A DNA stretch of 64,000 nucleotides, from the NCBI GenBank assembly GCA_050084985.1, contig JBITNC010000001.1, positions 201,810,001 to 201,874,000 on the forward strand. Reading direction: 5' to 3'. Below, one piece after another: positions 1-13,027 of this stretch. Origin of the DNA: Nageia nagi. Lineage: Eukaryota; Plantae; Pinophyta. The notes under the pieces are model-generated. The model was given only the letters and a program-made list of their open reading frames with translations. It had not been told where the DNA came from and did no database searches. A program made the position numbers and the translations under genes. How positions within the stretch are numbered: position 1 is the first letter of the stretch; every line of letters begins with the position of its first letter.

Positions 1-1209
1 TCAAAGAAGGAAAGAGCTCAAAAGACTCTCAGAAGGATCCAGAACGAGAATTTGAAGTTCCAATTTTTGACAAATTAATGTAAAGTGCCTCGAAATGCAT
101 GCCAGAAGGCATCAATTTTTGTAAATATTTTATTTTTAGTATATTTTAGTGGGATGAGATTGTTCTCCCACTAAAACGATATTGTAATCTCAATTTAGCA
201 TTCAAATTAGCATTTTAAAGCTTTTTTAGGATCTAGGTCAACACCCTCAAATTTTGACCTAAAAAGTCTTAAAATAGACCATAGGGGTAACATTTTGAGG
301 CAGAATGTTGTAGTCCAAGAAATTTCCAATTTCTTTCAAAATTGAAAATTTTTGCAATTGAGGAGCAAATTGATGTACTTATGCAAAACTCTTTTGCAAA
401 CATAATGCAAATGGCTACAAGTTGATTCAAAGTGTGTTTTCATCTATGTGAGTGGTCGATTGATCTTTTTAGAGCAATTTCTGTAATTTGAACATTTTCG
501 TCCCTTCTCTTTGAAAACTCTCGAGTTTTAGGAGAATTTGTTGTAAACTTTTCAAAAATGTTTGAATTGTCTTGAATTGTTGCTAATTCATCACTTGTTA
601 AATGCTTAGTATTTTGAATCGACTTTCTCTTAAGACATCTTAGACCTCTTGTTCAAAACTATCCACCTTCACTCACGTTTAGTTCACTTGGTTGCATCGA
701 TCCTGTTCACAGAGTACCAACAATCAGTTCCACTTCTCGCTCATCTTTGGAATGATTGGACAATAGTCATTCATTTCAAGGAATTGATTGAATTGAAAGA
801 GATTTCTTAACCGATCAGAGAGAAAGAACATTTAAACAATGATGCATTGCGATTACCTCTTTGAAGTCTAGCCAGTATTCGACCTCATTCTTGCTTTTTC
901 TTTTCTTTATTTTACACTTTCTTTAAAACTTATGGTAACTTCCAAACTATTGTAAGATAACACACCTCAGTCCCTACAAAAACTGTGAGTTAACCGTTAT
1001 TACCTTTACTACACCACTCAGCTGAATCCCAAACAAGACCTACAAATTTAAAGCTCGTATTAACGACACGAGCTTTCTGATAGAAAACTTGGAGTATCAA
1101 TCCTTACAAGAGGAGTTCAGTAATGCATTCTCACCTACATGCTGGGTCGCTTTTCCATCTTGATCATATGAGCAATCGCCGAGTAATATGAAAGGTTTCC
1201 TTCCCAACA
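1..1209 (+). mobile_element. 3' part of an LTR ending ...CCCAACA, abutting the 3' internal end of a gypsy element
   Basis: Non-coding and ends in CAACA directly before the gypsy pol-end/PPT sequence GAGGGCAAGCAATC. Family not identified. Confidence 0.4.
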
Positions 1210-2190
1210 GAGGGCAAGCAATCTTGAGAGGGGAGGCTTTGTGACATCCCCCTTGCATCCATGTAATTAATTATGGAATCCAACAGATTCCCCTTTTGTA
1301 ATATATTTTATTATTACATTGTACTTTCAATTTTAGATTGGGATATAAGACTTAATGGGTAAATGGAGCCCACTGTGAGCCCCAAGTGGTAAGTTTCCCT
1401 CCCAAGCATATATTAGGTGTTTAATTGTACTTGGAAATCCTGAGCATGATTGTAGGAATCCCAAGGTCTGTTTAGCAGTCAGATGGATGATTGAGCACTT
1501 GTATACATGCACCAACCTTGGGGAGACTCCTAGACCCGCACGTTGGCCCGTGATGATGCCTAGCCTCCACACATGGCTCCTAGACCCACATTGGACAAGC
1601 ATGGCACTCCTATACCACCATGTTCGAATTTATGGCACTTGGGCACCTACGTTGGGCATACTTGAACCACAGGCACCCACATTGGGCATTTTGGGCCAAC
1701 AGGAGGCTAAAGTTGGAATTAAGGAGCAAGGTGATGACTCCTAGGTGAGATCAAGATCCAGTTGAGTGTATAAAGCGGCATTGGAGCCTCATAGCTAGGG
1801 ATGCTTGAATATTATTACATTCATATTGTCCAGAGGACAAGAAGACTTAGCGGAGCTAAGAAATCCCCTAGGTGCGACATTTTAGGAGGAATATCAGGCT
1901 AAGGGATCCTATTAGTCTACGACGCTTGTGTAGAACCCTTTTCCATCCAGTGGTGTTACGAGGTTTAGCTTCTACCCTTCAGTTGGTCACCAGGATTGGA
2001 GGAAGGCTTCTTCAGTGGAGAGGATTTAGGTTCTTAGGGAGCAAGGTTGTTCCATCCATTCGTCCAGTTTGTGGATACATGTTATGTTCGAGTTGGCTCC
2101 TTTGAGGCCAACGTCAGACCTCTAGGGCTTGGTATTTTATTATTGAACATTGTTTATTCTATATATGGCCTCAAGTTATGCAATCTCTTT
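1210..2190 (+). mobile_element. Chromovirus-like gypsy PPT plus truncated 3' LTR (LTR starts TGTGACATCCCC at 1240)
   Basis: PPT GAGAGGGGAGG followed by TG. The LTR is colinear with the LTR at 37441, and the same pol-end/PPT string occurs at ~23815-23846. Confidence 0.8.
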
Positions 2191-2199
2191 CCTCACATT

Positions 2200-2551
2200 G
2201 ACCTTAATAAATCTGAAGATGACCTGTCGAGACACTGTATCCCTAGTGATGTCTCCATAAGTCTTTTCCTTTCCTCACATTCCCTTGCATTTATCCCTAT
2301 GTTTGTCCCTACATTTGTGATCTTTCTTCGCTTTCGTTCACATTTGCAATCTTTCCTCATTTATGGAAAGGATTTCCGGCATGTATTTCCCTTGTATACA
2401 GTTAACAAAATGCATCTTTGATTGTTGAGCCATCAAGACCATATTCCATGTGAGCACTTGGGGTAACTAGCCCTTTCAGGCGGAAGCAAGTAACGTTGTT
2501 TCCTCCAAGTCTTGTGCATGTTTTGGGCGAGGAAAGAAAAACATACCAACA
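2200..2551 (+). mobile_element. 3' terminus of the giant-LTR family (...GGAAAGAAAAACATACCAACA)
   Basis: Colinear with ~54570-54901 and near-identical over the last ~50 nt. Confidence 0.85.
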
Positions 2552-2719
2552 CCTTGCGCAAATAAAGATGAAATTACATGAGAAGTGTCTTAAGTGGGCC
2601 AATCTAACGCACATAATATAATATGATATTAACATAATGAAATACTTAATGACATAAGATTAATATAATAAAACACCTAAGTGGGACCATATTAGGTGGA
2701 CAAAAATTAGGTGTCAACA
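2552..2719 (-). mobile_element. LTR 5' terminal fragment (TGTTGACACCTAATTTTTGTCC on minus)
   Basis: TG-initiated terminus of a kind typical of gypsy LTRs. Short fragment only. Confidence 0.45.
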
Positions 2720-3424
2720 ATCAAATCTCCCCTTTTAACTAGGTTGTATAGTTTGAGGGACATGCCTAGGTTGCATGGTTTGGGGAAGATGCTCGTGCTA
2801 TTACAGTGAAAACATGCAACCTCCTCAAAACTCAAAAATTTTGCAAGGATGATAACACTATGCTATTTTTAACCCTTTTGAACAACAATTGGCATCAAAT
2901 CTATTAGCTTGGATCCTGATGAGGGGAGTTTGATAAGGTTCAATACTTTTGAGGACTTGCTTCCAGCATAAGCCTAAAATCATGCAACCTAAGGCAAGAG
3001 GTTGAAAACATGCGACTTCCTCAAACTCAAAAATTTTGCAAGAGGGTGAAAACATTTGACCTTCTCAAAACTCAAAAAATTTACAAGGATGATAACACCA
3101 TGCTATTTTTAACCCTTTTAAACAACAATTGGCATCAAATCTACTAGCTTGGATCCTGATGAGGGGAGTTTGACAAGGTTGCTTACTTTTGAGGACTTGC
3201 TTCCAGCATAAGCCTGAAATCATGCAACCTAAGGCAAGAGGGTGAAAACATGCGACCTTGCAAGAAACTTAGAATTTTCGAGAAAATTTAGCTCTATATT
3301 GAAGATGGGACTTCATCCTTCTAGATCTTTATTTGTCATCTTTACTGAAGATGCAATTTCTCTTCTACGAAAGTAGGGTCCTCAAATTTTGTAAAAATTA
3401 GGGGCGTGTTGTGCAGGCACAACA
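2720..3424 (-). mobile_element. 5' terminal fragment of the giant-LTR family
   Basis: Minus strand starts TGTTGTGCCTGCACAACACGCCCC...TTTGAGGACCCT, homologous to 47856, 33445 and 56015. Confidence 0.8.
2806..3260. repeat. Tandem duplication with 240-bp period
   Basis: AACAACAATTGGCATCAAATCTA at 2881 and 3121; AGCCT(A/G)AAATCATGCAACCTAAGGCAAGAG at 2971 and 3211. Confidence 0.95.
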
Positions 3425-3689
3425 AAATGTAGTTTTTTTTGTCTCCAAATCTCTTTGTTTTTACAAAGATGGTTCACCAAATACAAGTAAAAAGCATTTC
3501 ATCTCAAGTCTAAAACAAATTTAAGGAGGAAGGTTTCAAATCTCTCATTTGTCTCAATGGAAAAGGATTGAGAAGATATAACATCCAGAGAAAACCATAG
3601 TTCTCTATCAGAATCCCAAAAGGTGAAAAGAAATATGGTGATCACGAACTCGTACTCGTAGGCCACCTAGGTAGGGGATGTCCACTACA
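3425..3689 (-). mobile_element. LTR 5' terminal fragment (TGTAGTGGACATCCCC on minus)
   Basis: Terminal motif only. Confidence 0.4.
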
Positions 3690-5689
3690 TTGTTATAAAG
3701 AACAACACATTTGTTATCTTTCCAAGAGACTATGACTTATGCATCCACTTTTTAAATCTTGTCTACTGCTAAATGAATGATCTTCATCCAAGGAAATTTA
3801 AGTGAGGAGATTAAACAACTTTTGGATCACAAGGTTTTCAATCATTCTTTTGACACACCTAAAATAATAATCAGGGTATCATCTTAAGCAACTTGTGCCT
3901 TCTCCAAGGTGATGTCCTTGAGATCCACAGTACTGTATAGAAATCACAACCTGTTTGTAGAAGATCAGATTTTAGATGACTTTGGTAAACCTTGAACCAA
4001 CTATTGAGTTCCTTACCCTGTAATGCATGCTTGTATTTGAATTTGGACTACACAGCTAGATTCACAATTGAGGTGGTGTCCTTTTCTCTCTCCCTACTAT
4101 AACTAATGATTTGTGCTCCTCAACTTGTTTGTAGAAGTGGAAGGAGGTGGTTGTTTCATTCCTTAGATTCTCACGTCAGATGAGAATCCCATTTTGTTTG
4201 TTTTGTATAGTTGTAAGTTGTAACTGCTTCTTGGAGGTGCTGAAAACATAGAGAGTGATTAGGCTGGTCTAATTTGCTAATCATCTCTTCTTGACCATGG
4301 CAATCAGCGAGTTCTTGCCCCCAGGTTAGGGAGCGCCCTCACGCTCTCCCTGAGAAAGACCCAATTATGACTTGTCTTGATTGCCCTCTGTTTTATTTCC
4401 TGCATCAAATAGGGTTTTGATCCCTCTTTGTTTAGTCTTTTTGCTTTATGTTATTTGTACTCTAGACTTACGGTGGGCCCTTTAGAGGCTTTGTTGGCTA
4501 CGAGACACTATTTTTTGTACTCTCTAGTCCCATTGATCGCAATTGGTCACCTATGGACATTAATACATTTTATCTTCATTTCTTTTCTTCCAGAACCTGA
4601 ATTCATCCTCCTCCTAGTTCGTTTTTGAGGTGATAAACTTGGACCTAGGAGCTCAGATCCTAACTGTTACAGTTTTGCTATTCACTCTACAAGCCTTCAG
4701 TATATATTTTGGGGTGTCAGCACATTACACAAGTACTGTGGGTTTTCATAGTTGCACCATCTGAAGTCTGTATCTTCTTGCATATGAAGCCAAAAAAAGG
4801 ATACAAAAACAATGCTCGGTGTGGCCATGCAGAAGCATAAAACAGAATCAAAGACACATGTACAAAACTTTTCAGAGGCACATGAGTTTTTTCTCAGTAC
4901 CCGAGTTTGCAGGTCCTCCAATCCTGTAGACACCTCCAGGCCCAATAAATTATAGGTTGAGTATGTTATAGATGGAGAAAGAGTTGCAAGCCATCAGAAA
5001 GTTTGAGCAGCAACCTGACAGGACAGACAGAATGTGCAAATGGAAGACATTATAAGTGAACCACATGAAAAGTTTCCTGAAAACATCTCCAAGATCCTTT
5101 GGACTCAACGTGCATTTTTTATGAATCATGTTATTATTAAGATCAAGTGGTGAGAGAAATGCTGGGTCCTATAGACCCAGTTTATCAAAGAAGAAATTTC
5201 TTGTTTTTAGTCAACGACAGTAAGGAAAGGATGGTAGATTAGTGCAACAGACTCTGGACCCTTTTTCCTGTTCACAACTACCTCAAGCCTATGTTAAAGC
5301 CTCTACTCTCATGATGACATTCTAATGGGAGAAGCTCATGGTCATCATTAAGATATACTCGGAATACAATATGTAATTCTCTGCTAAAGTTAAAGCATGA
5401 TAAAGGTTAAGTTATAATGGATTTCTGCATGTTCAATAGCACAACAGATATTTATATCTTAATTTATACTTCCTGTTGTATGTTGTGGGTAAATTATTAA
5501 ACCATACACAACACACAAAACAAATTAGCTCCAATTACAGCTGAATTGCCTACTAAGCTTCTCTTTGTACTGCAATGCTTGCAAATCCTGCACTTCATTT
5601 AAGAAAACTATTTCACGCTGCTTGACTTGTGCAATGGTTTTAACAGCCATGCAAAACACACATAGTGGGGCTGAGTATCAGTTTCTTAC

Positions 5690-6171
5690 CCAGCTGGAGC
5701 CACATTTGGACAATTGGTACACATTGGATCAATGCTGAAAAGAATTTGAGGGTTCTCAAGATGACCCATATGGAACCTTCTATCAGTATCTGTATCCCCA
5801 TTCCTGAAATTAACATAAGGATATCTCTTTATACAATGTCCTGCTGTCTGGTTTGAAACTGATTTTCCTTCCACCTTTTGTCTATTGTTGGTCTCTCCAA
5901 GAACATGAACAGCATTTTTTATCGATGGAGAACATCTAGCTGAATTTTCCTCATTAGGGTCCTCATTCAACAAAATGCCAACTTCTTCACACTGCTCAGA
6001 TAAAGCACTACTACACAATTTTGATTCTCCCAAATCACAAACAAAAGCTTGACTCCTCCTAGCAGCCTGATCAGCATTTGTTCCTTGTACAGACCTACTG
6101 GGAGGATTTGAAAGGGAATAAAGTGCATCATTGGCTATAGGATGACCCAAATGTTGTAGATGGACGCGGAT
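5690..6171 (-). CDS. RNA pseudouridine synthase internal exon D: IRVHLQHLGHPIANDALY...FSIDPMCTNCPNVAPAG
   Basis: 482 nt, ttcAG acceptor and GTaaga donor (phase 2). IRVH..GHPI.ND.LY motif plus C-terminal DPMCxNC. The expected final LWLHC exon was not found in the window. Confidence 0.92.
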
Positions 6172-6343
6172 CTGAATAATACCAAAAACAAAAACAAAAA
6201 ATTACCATTGAAATGTAAATTAATGATATATCTCCGGGTCAATTGAAAATTAGGAATTGATCTACATACTGAAAAAACCAAGACCTCAAACAAACATATG
6301 TATAAATATTAAAAAACAGCCATAGAATGAGGTTTTGTTTTAC

Positions 6344-6469
6344 CTGATGTGTACGACCATTTACTGGCAAGCATTTCACAATACTGAAAACTCCATCTGT
6401 ATGAAGTCTTAAAAATTTTGTGCATGCAGGTTTCCCCTTGCTAAGTTGCTCATTACTGCTTGTACCCAC
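6344..6469 (-). CDS. RNA pseudouridine synthase internal exon C: VGTSSNEQLSKGKPACTKF...PVNGRTHQ
   Basis: 126 nt, tttAG...GTaaaa. Contains GKPACTKF and the GRTHQ half of RluA motif III. Confidence 0.93.
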
Positions 6470-6850
6470 CTAAATAATTAACCAGTAACATCTTCATTTG
6501 TAATGTTGGAGAAATTAAATACACAATTATGAATGAACAATTAGAACTTTGACAAAGGTGTTATTGATCAGAATTTAAAACTTAATTTTCTAGACTGACT
6601 GTTTAATTATCAAATTCTTCCGTTTTCACTTCTCAACAATTTGCCTGTACTTTAGTTGTTTTCATCACTTTAATGCTTATTTGAATACGGATACTGATCC
6701 TGTGACAATCTTCCAAGGCGAGTCACTAAACTATAATTATTCCATTTCTCTTTCTTTTTAGTTTGAAACATTTATCTTGTAGTAGATCTTTCTAATCTCC
6801 TTTGATTTGTTTTGAATGAAAATATCCAGAATGTAAATATAACATTTTAC

Positions 6851-6907
6851 CTCTGTTGTGCTCTTCCCTTCTCGAGCATCATAGATTACATTTGCATCAA
6901 TTTCGAC
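6851..6907 (-). CDS. RNA pseudouridine synthase internal exon B: VEIDANVIYDAREGKSTTE
   Basis: 57 nt, ttgtAG...GTaaaa, phase 0/0. Matches the 'VDANINY..REGRSTAE' segment recalled from plant homologues. Confidence 0.88.
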
Positions 6908-9117
6908 CTACAACATTAAGTATTAGAATTACGATTAATAAAAGAATAAAAGAACAACAGGTAAGGCATCTAATTGACCACTTGCAATGTGTTTTACGTA
7001 ACTGCAAGTGAAGATGGCCAGATTGCAGTACAATTTTCAGAAATTTGGTGCCACAAATAAATATCACATTATGTTTTTTTGCCTAACTAAAATGGGACCA
7101 TATTAAGGAGCGGAAATAACATGTTTACATTTGATAAAAAATGCACTCAAAACCTACCCTTTGCATTTCCTGAAGCTTGATATGATTTATAATAGAGTTG
7201 ATTTCACAAAGCATGCCAATTCTTCTAAGCATGTACTATGTAAAAACTAGTACATTTGAGTCTTAGGTGTTCTGTATATGCTACAGTGAATAAGTAATAA
7301 TAATTACGTGAACATACTGTTAAGAACATATACATACGCAGCCAGGAACAAACTCATTCCTCAATTGCGTGTACAATAAAGCCCCATATAAGCCATTGGA
7401 TGGTAATAATATAATAGGATGTGTTTGGGAAAGCAGAGGATGAATCTTACTAGAAAAGACTCTTAGATTCACTACGAAGTGCCCTCTAGGTCATGTGACC
7501 ATAGAACTTATTTCTTCTGTGATAATAATAAGATAATAATGCATTTTTGGCTTTATGATACATGAGTATAAAAGTGTATTCACTATTCACTACCATAGGC
7601 TGGCATGGAAACTATGCTGACATTAAATATAAGGTATGGACATAGAAATTCATTTGTGGATGTGCATGCCTTCATCTGCATAGACAGTTGTCCAGGAAGA
7701 GTAATATGGTATGTTCCACAAAGTTTCAACAATAAGGTCAGCAAGGACGATGCATTAATATGCATACATTGAATCCTTCGGGATATAAGTGCAAAAACTA
7801 CAATTTTAAGGTCACTGATACATAACTACAAACAATTGATATGCGTAGCGAGCTGCCTGTTCAATGAAGTTTCAAGAACAAGGTAGTCATGGAGGACAAT
7901 GTGACGTCCCATTTGGACCATTGACAAAATGTGTCATGGTCACTTTGTAATCTAGTGTTTGTTTATGATCATGTTGTACATGTGTAACTCAAGCACGAGC
8001 TTATGGTCTGCAGACCCCAATGTGAGCCCAACAATGGGACATCTCCCCTTGAGTAGTGTTGTGTTAACATGTAATGTGTTATCTCAGATTGTGGGAATCC
8101 CTAGATAGGCATGAGTCTTGTATAGTCCAGAGGTGCATAGAGGAGCATACCAACGTTGCGAGGGCCCCACATATCCCACATTGGCTTATGAGGCCACTTA
8201 CACCGCCACGTTAGCTCAAGGAGGCTCATTAGACCCCACGTCAGCCTTGAGGGCCTTTATGGCCCCCATGTTGGCACACTGGGCCCATGGGACCCCCACG
8301 TTAGCATACTGGGCCAATATGACCCCCACGTTCGCATGGTTGACCTGTTGCCCCAACGTTGGAATAGACTTGGCTTGGGATGATAACGAGGCATGATGGA
8401 TAGACATGTGAGGCTATCTATTGAGCATGGAGCTCCATGATGAGATAAGCTATTGATTATACTTCTTCTATACAGAACTTAAACAGGTATACAAGTCTTG
8501 GCAGTGCCGAGCGTTATTCCTAGACGGCGTCTAGAGGGGTGACAGGGTTGGGAGCCTGGCACTCTACGACTTAGGTGGGTCACATAGTCCATTCGGTGGT
8601 ATTCCGAGGGTGAGCTTCTACCTATAGTGGTCGCCAGGGTTCGAGCAGGCTCCTTCGTAGGAGAAGATTCGGAGTCTGAGGGAGTGAGTCTTTCTTGTGG
8701 TGTTCAGCTTGCAGAGGGTTTGGAATCCTAGATCTGGATATTGAGATCCTCATTGTATTCCATCCACTATCATAATAAAATACATCTTGTGCCTCTCTCC
8801 ATTGTTTTGTTCATTATGTGTTCATGTGTTGTGTCTCTTATATACTGGTGTTGGAAGTTTCATTGCATTCGTAGGTATTTAGGCATTGTGTATGCATTTG
8901 TGAGACATTCGTTCAGGTGGCAAGTGTTGGTGTGTGCCCTAGAGGGCTAACGTTAGGGTATAGGGGTTGTGTGGAAGCCTTAGGAGGCTCATGTCAGCAT
9001 TGTAGTGTCTTTGGGTCCCCTAAGGGCCCAACGTAGGTGTAATTGCATCATTGGTTAAGGGTTTGAGCATCATAGTTGTAGTCGTTTTTATTAAGGGTGA
9101 TTTTTGGTCATCATAAG

Positions 9118-9129
9118 TGGTATTAGAGC
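9118..9129 (+). promoter_or_regulatory. Primer binding site, tRNA-iMet type
   Basis: TGGTATTAGAGC, 2 nt after the LTR end (consensus TGGTATCAGAGC). Confidence 0.85.
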
Positions 9130-9194
9130 CTGGATCTTGCCAGCCTATTGTATGAAACCCAAGATCCACCATTATTACACCAAATCCAGAGAGA

Positions 9195-10915
9195 TGTCGT
9201 CTGCCAAGAGAGGCGGGAGATCTAAAGATGGCTATCAAGAGGAAGAGGCCAGACACTGGATTGAAGAAGAGGCCGAAATCCCGAGGCCAAGGTATGAGGA
9301 AGCAGCACAAGAAGAACCTCCGGTTGAGAGGAGGAGGGATAGCGATGGTACACCTGAACAATAGTTTAGAGCTTTGATCTCAGCCTTTCGTAGCATGATC
9401 GAAACCATGCAATCATTGGGGCAAAGAATGGATCGGTATTGGGGCGAGGTAGAGGAAGGAGATCGGTAGAGAAGATAGGGAAGAGAAGAGCCAAGAGCAA
9501 GGTGCCATGTCCAAAGTGATCAGGAACCTTTTTGGCATGATTCAAAAGGAAGAGGGCATGGACGAAGGATCAAGGATGAGGAAGTTCATCCACAAGAGGT
9601 GGATAGTGAGGATCAGGATCCACGCCACACTCAGAGAGGCTACAGAGCCCAACGAGGTGATAGGGGAGGCCATGAAGGCCCACGTCAGCTTGGTGAAGGT
9701 CTAGAGGAGTTACGGCGGGAGAACGACAGTTTCAAAACCCCACATCTCACCAAGGAAGCAACTCCACCCCCACATCAGGATGAGAATGATCTCGTAGGAT
9801 CTTCAGAGGATGATCAGACGAATGGGGAGCATTCGTTGAGGAGATCCACGAGCATGAGGGACAAGGACTCCATCCAAGGGTCTAGGGAACAATTTATGCC
9901 ACAATTCCAAAGATCCCAATCACAGTGGATGCCACAGCAAGAGAGCCCCCTTCTCAAACACTACCTGGATACCAACGTTGGAGGAAGGGATGATTAGCCT
10001 ATCATTCCTAGGCCAAACAAGCTCATGTTCCCATCAAAAGGAGAAGACTCTAGAGCAAGGGTGCCTGGTCCGTTGGAACTGATCAAGCATCATAGAGACT
10101 ACAACATGTTGCATCTGAATGTGAGGCGAGACATCAATTTTAGCAATTATTTGAACCTGCTGGGGTTGAAGGGTGGCTCACATGGCCAACGTCAGTTAGG
10201 AGGGCAATGGGATGGAAAGACAGATCTGCAACACAAGATCAGCAAGATGCAAGTACCCATGTTTGATGGTAAGAGGATGACGACAAAGGCTTGGATGCAT
10301 CAATTGTAGACATACTTTGTTTTGAACCCTACATGATGGAGGAGGAAGCCATCAATTTTGCATCCTTACATCTAGAGGGAGATGCGTTGGAGTGCTGGCA
10401 TCATGGCATGGTGAGTCAAGCTTATGCCCACATTACCACATTTGAAGAGTTCACTAGGCGGTTAGTGAAGAGGTTCGATCGGAAGAAAAAAAATGATTAC
10501 TTCTGAGATCTGAATTCTTTGAGGCAGATAGAGACGGTGGATAAGTTCGTGGCGGAGTTTCAGAAGCTGGCAGTGATGATCCACCACATTCCTAAGGAAA
10601 GGCTGACATTCCTGTTCATTGAGGGGTTGGCCAAACCGTTGAGAGGGATTGTCAAGGTTTCATATCATAGGACCTTGGACAATGCCATTTGAGCTACGTA
10701 TGACTTGGAGCCTACTGTGAAATCCTTTAGGGGAGGATCGGCCAACAAGGTACCACCAAGTCGGAGGATGTGGGAAGAGCCTAGCAAGGCCAAAGCATCC
10801 CCCATGCCTGGATTGGATCAGTTGGATGCTGCTACTAGAAAGAAGCTGAGACAGGAGGGCAAGTGCTTATATTACAAGAAGTGGGATCTGGGACACTGTT
10901 GCGTAGGTAAAGGAT
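9195..10915 (+). pseudogene. gag: Retrotransposon gag, disrupted
   Basis: KMQVPMFDG...AWMHQL, ASLHLEGDALECW, FEEFTRRLVKRF, and a degenerate zinc knuckle (GKCLYYKKWDLGHCC). Stops and frameshifts. Confidence 0.88.
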
Positions 10916-11379
10916 CAGGCATTGTGTATGCATATGTGAGACATTCGTTGAGGTGCCAAGTGTTGGTGTGTGCCCTAGAGGGTTGACGTCATGTTGTAGG
11001 GGTTGCATGGAAGCCTTAGGAGGCTCACGTCCGCATTGTAGTGTCTTTGGGTGCCCTAGGGGCCCAACGTGGGTGTAACTGCATCATTGGTTGAGGATTT
11101 GAGCATCATAGTTGTAGTCGTTTTTATCGAGGGTGATTTTTGGTTATCACAGACAATGCATGAGTATACATACATTTAATTATTCAAGAAATACATGCAA
11201 AAGACTACAATTTAAGGTGACATTGCAACATAAATGCAAACAATTGAGTCAATGGAATCCCTTCAAGAGTAGGATAGCCAGTGTCAATATAAATGATTAC
11301 TTCAACAACTAATGCTACTAAATATGTTGCTTTCACCCAGCAATTGGTAGCTAGTGCCAATTGTTCAGGTTCTTCCCCT

Positions 11380-12380
11380 CAATCTCACCATCGTTCTAAC
11401 TTAGAACACACAACTGTTGATTGCAAAGCCTCTTTTACCTTGAGCATCCTCTCAAGAAAAATAAAATAGTTGTCATATTAAGTTTCTAATGGCTTGAGGA
11501 CTCCCTCGCTTCCTCAAAATAGTCCAAGAAAAGTATAAGTTTATAAGCCTAAAGTTTAGACTTCAAACAATGCATGTATATGGCTAGATAAGAAACTGCA
11601 AAAGTTTAATACTTGAAGAGACCCAATGAGTTGTGGCAATTGTGAATAAACATTTACATCATGTACTAAATACCAACAATTTCAAACCATTCAATCATCC
11701 CAATATGCTTTAGTGTGTATACACAAAAACAATTCAAAATGGTAAAATATACGTTTGTAGTTTTGTTGTACCATTATCCTTAGTTTGGACTTTGGACCAC
11801 ATTGGAGAGCCCAACATCCCTTAAATATTGGAAAGCCGCATCCGTGCACTTTTTGAAAAAAAAGATTGAAAATCAACTTCTCTAAAAATGAATGGTCCTG
11901 CTGAATATCGCACAATAAGGTGAATAAGTGAATAACATGATTCCACCCATCTATGATAATGGAGCAACCATACTGCTGCCAAGTATCGTTCATCTCCATC
12001 ATAAAATTCACCCTAAAATAGTTGGCATCGAGAAATTTTTGTCTTGACTTTGTACTCCTCTACAGGTACAGAAGGACTAGCAATACAAGATTTCTATAAT
12101 GTCTCATTTTTATAAGGAGAACGAGTATTGTCGAAGATATACCATTGGCAAAATAAAATTAATAAATAGAATCATCAGCAACCCCGCATGTTTACTGATT
12201 ATCCATTCATTCTATTGTCTCAATCTTCATTTAACTCTATAAGACCCCTCTCCTTTTGGAAAGTCAACCACCACAACAGTAGTAATAGTACAAGGAATAG
12301 GACGAAAAGGGTTAGTTTTGGCAATGCACATGGCGGTTTCCCATATCACTTGGCCATATTGTAGAGTGCCTTACAAGAAC
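11380..12380 (-). pseudogene. Degraded hAT transposase remnant (DUF659-type)
   Basis: WQQYGCSIIIDGWN motif in ORF 11691-12011. Boundaries approximate. Confidence 0.6.
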
Positions 12381-12420
12381 CTTAGCACTCTCTTTCCTGC
12401 CTTGCAATGACTCTGTTTAG

Positions 12421-12497
12421 GACAATTAGCTACTGAATACAAGATATCTGGCCTAACTGTAGTCATATAGATTAGACTACCAACTAGTTGCCTGAAC
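12421..12497 (-). pseudogene. Ty1/copia RT C-terminal fragment (continuation of 18295-18890)
   Basis: Minus strand reads FRQLVGSLIYMTTVRPDILYSVA. Confidence 0.8.
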
Positions 12498-13027
12498 AAA
12501 TGTTGAGAAACTCACTCACCTCGAACTTAGCGAGGTCCTTTGAGCCTCAAACTTGGGACTTGGAAAAAAAACTCGACTGAACTCGGCAAAAAGAAAAAAA
12601 GAATCACTGAAAATTAAAGTTTTTTCATTCATATTAGTGATATTACTGTTAGTAGTATCTTCTATAAGTATATATACTCTACATTCAACATTATACAAAT
12701 TACAAAATATATAACATAATGTTAAGCAATGATTATTTATAACAATTTTTGTTTATTTATTATTTAAAAAATAATACCTATAATTTTTTAAATTATATAT
12801 TTAAATTCATTTACAAATATTTTAATTAAAATTTATATTTATTTATTATTTAAAAAATTCATAAGACAAAAGGAATTTATAAAAATTAAACAAACAAATT
12901 AAATAAATGAATTTAAAAATTAAAAACACCAAGTTAAAAAAAAATTATAAAACATAAAATTTCATAAATCACATAAATTTAAAAAAAAAATAAACAAAAA
13001 AAAATTATACTAATAAACAAATGAATT

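Larger units (their letters stand above)
7900..11151 (+). mobile_element. Internally deleted Ty3/gypsy element: 5' LTR 7900-9115, PBS, gag, and the last 235 bp of the 3' LTR (10917-11151)
   Basis: TG...CA ends with GACAA TSD (7895-7899, 11152-11156). 10917-11151 aligns ungapped to 8881-9115, about 23 mismatches by hand count. pol is absent. Confidence 0.93.

Noticed and set aside
4697-4945. ORF containing FWLHMQ as candidate last exon of the pseudouridine synthase
   Set aside because: Lacks the expected LWLHC..Y...W.Y.C..P.WA context. The terminal exon is probably left of the window.
3690-5400. Possible LINE endonuclease or processed-gene remnants
   Set aside because: Only faint motif hints and no frame I can assign with confidence.
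8118-8407. Short ORFs with repeated ANVGV/PTLA peptides (also ~1487, 13688, 17079, 20077, 37465)
   Set aside because: Translation artefacts of 30-bp tandem repeats inside LTRs.
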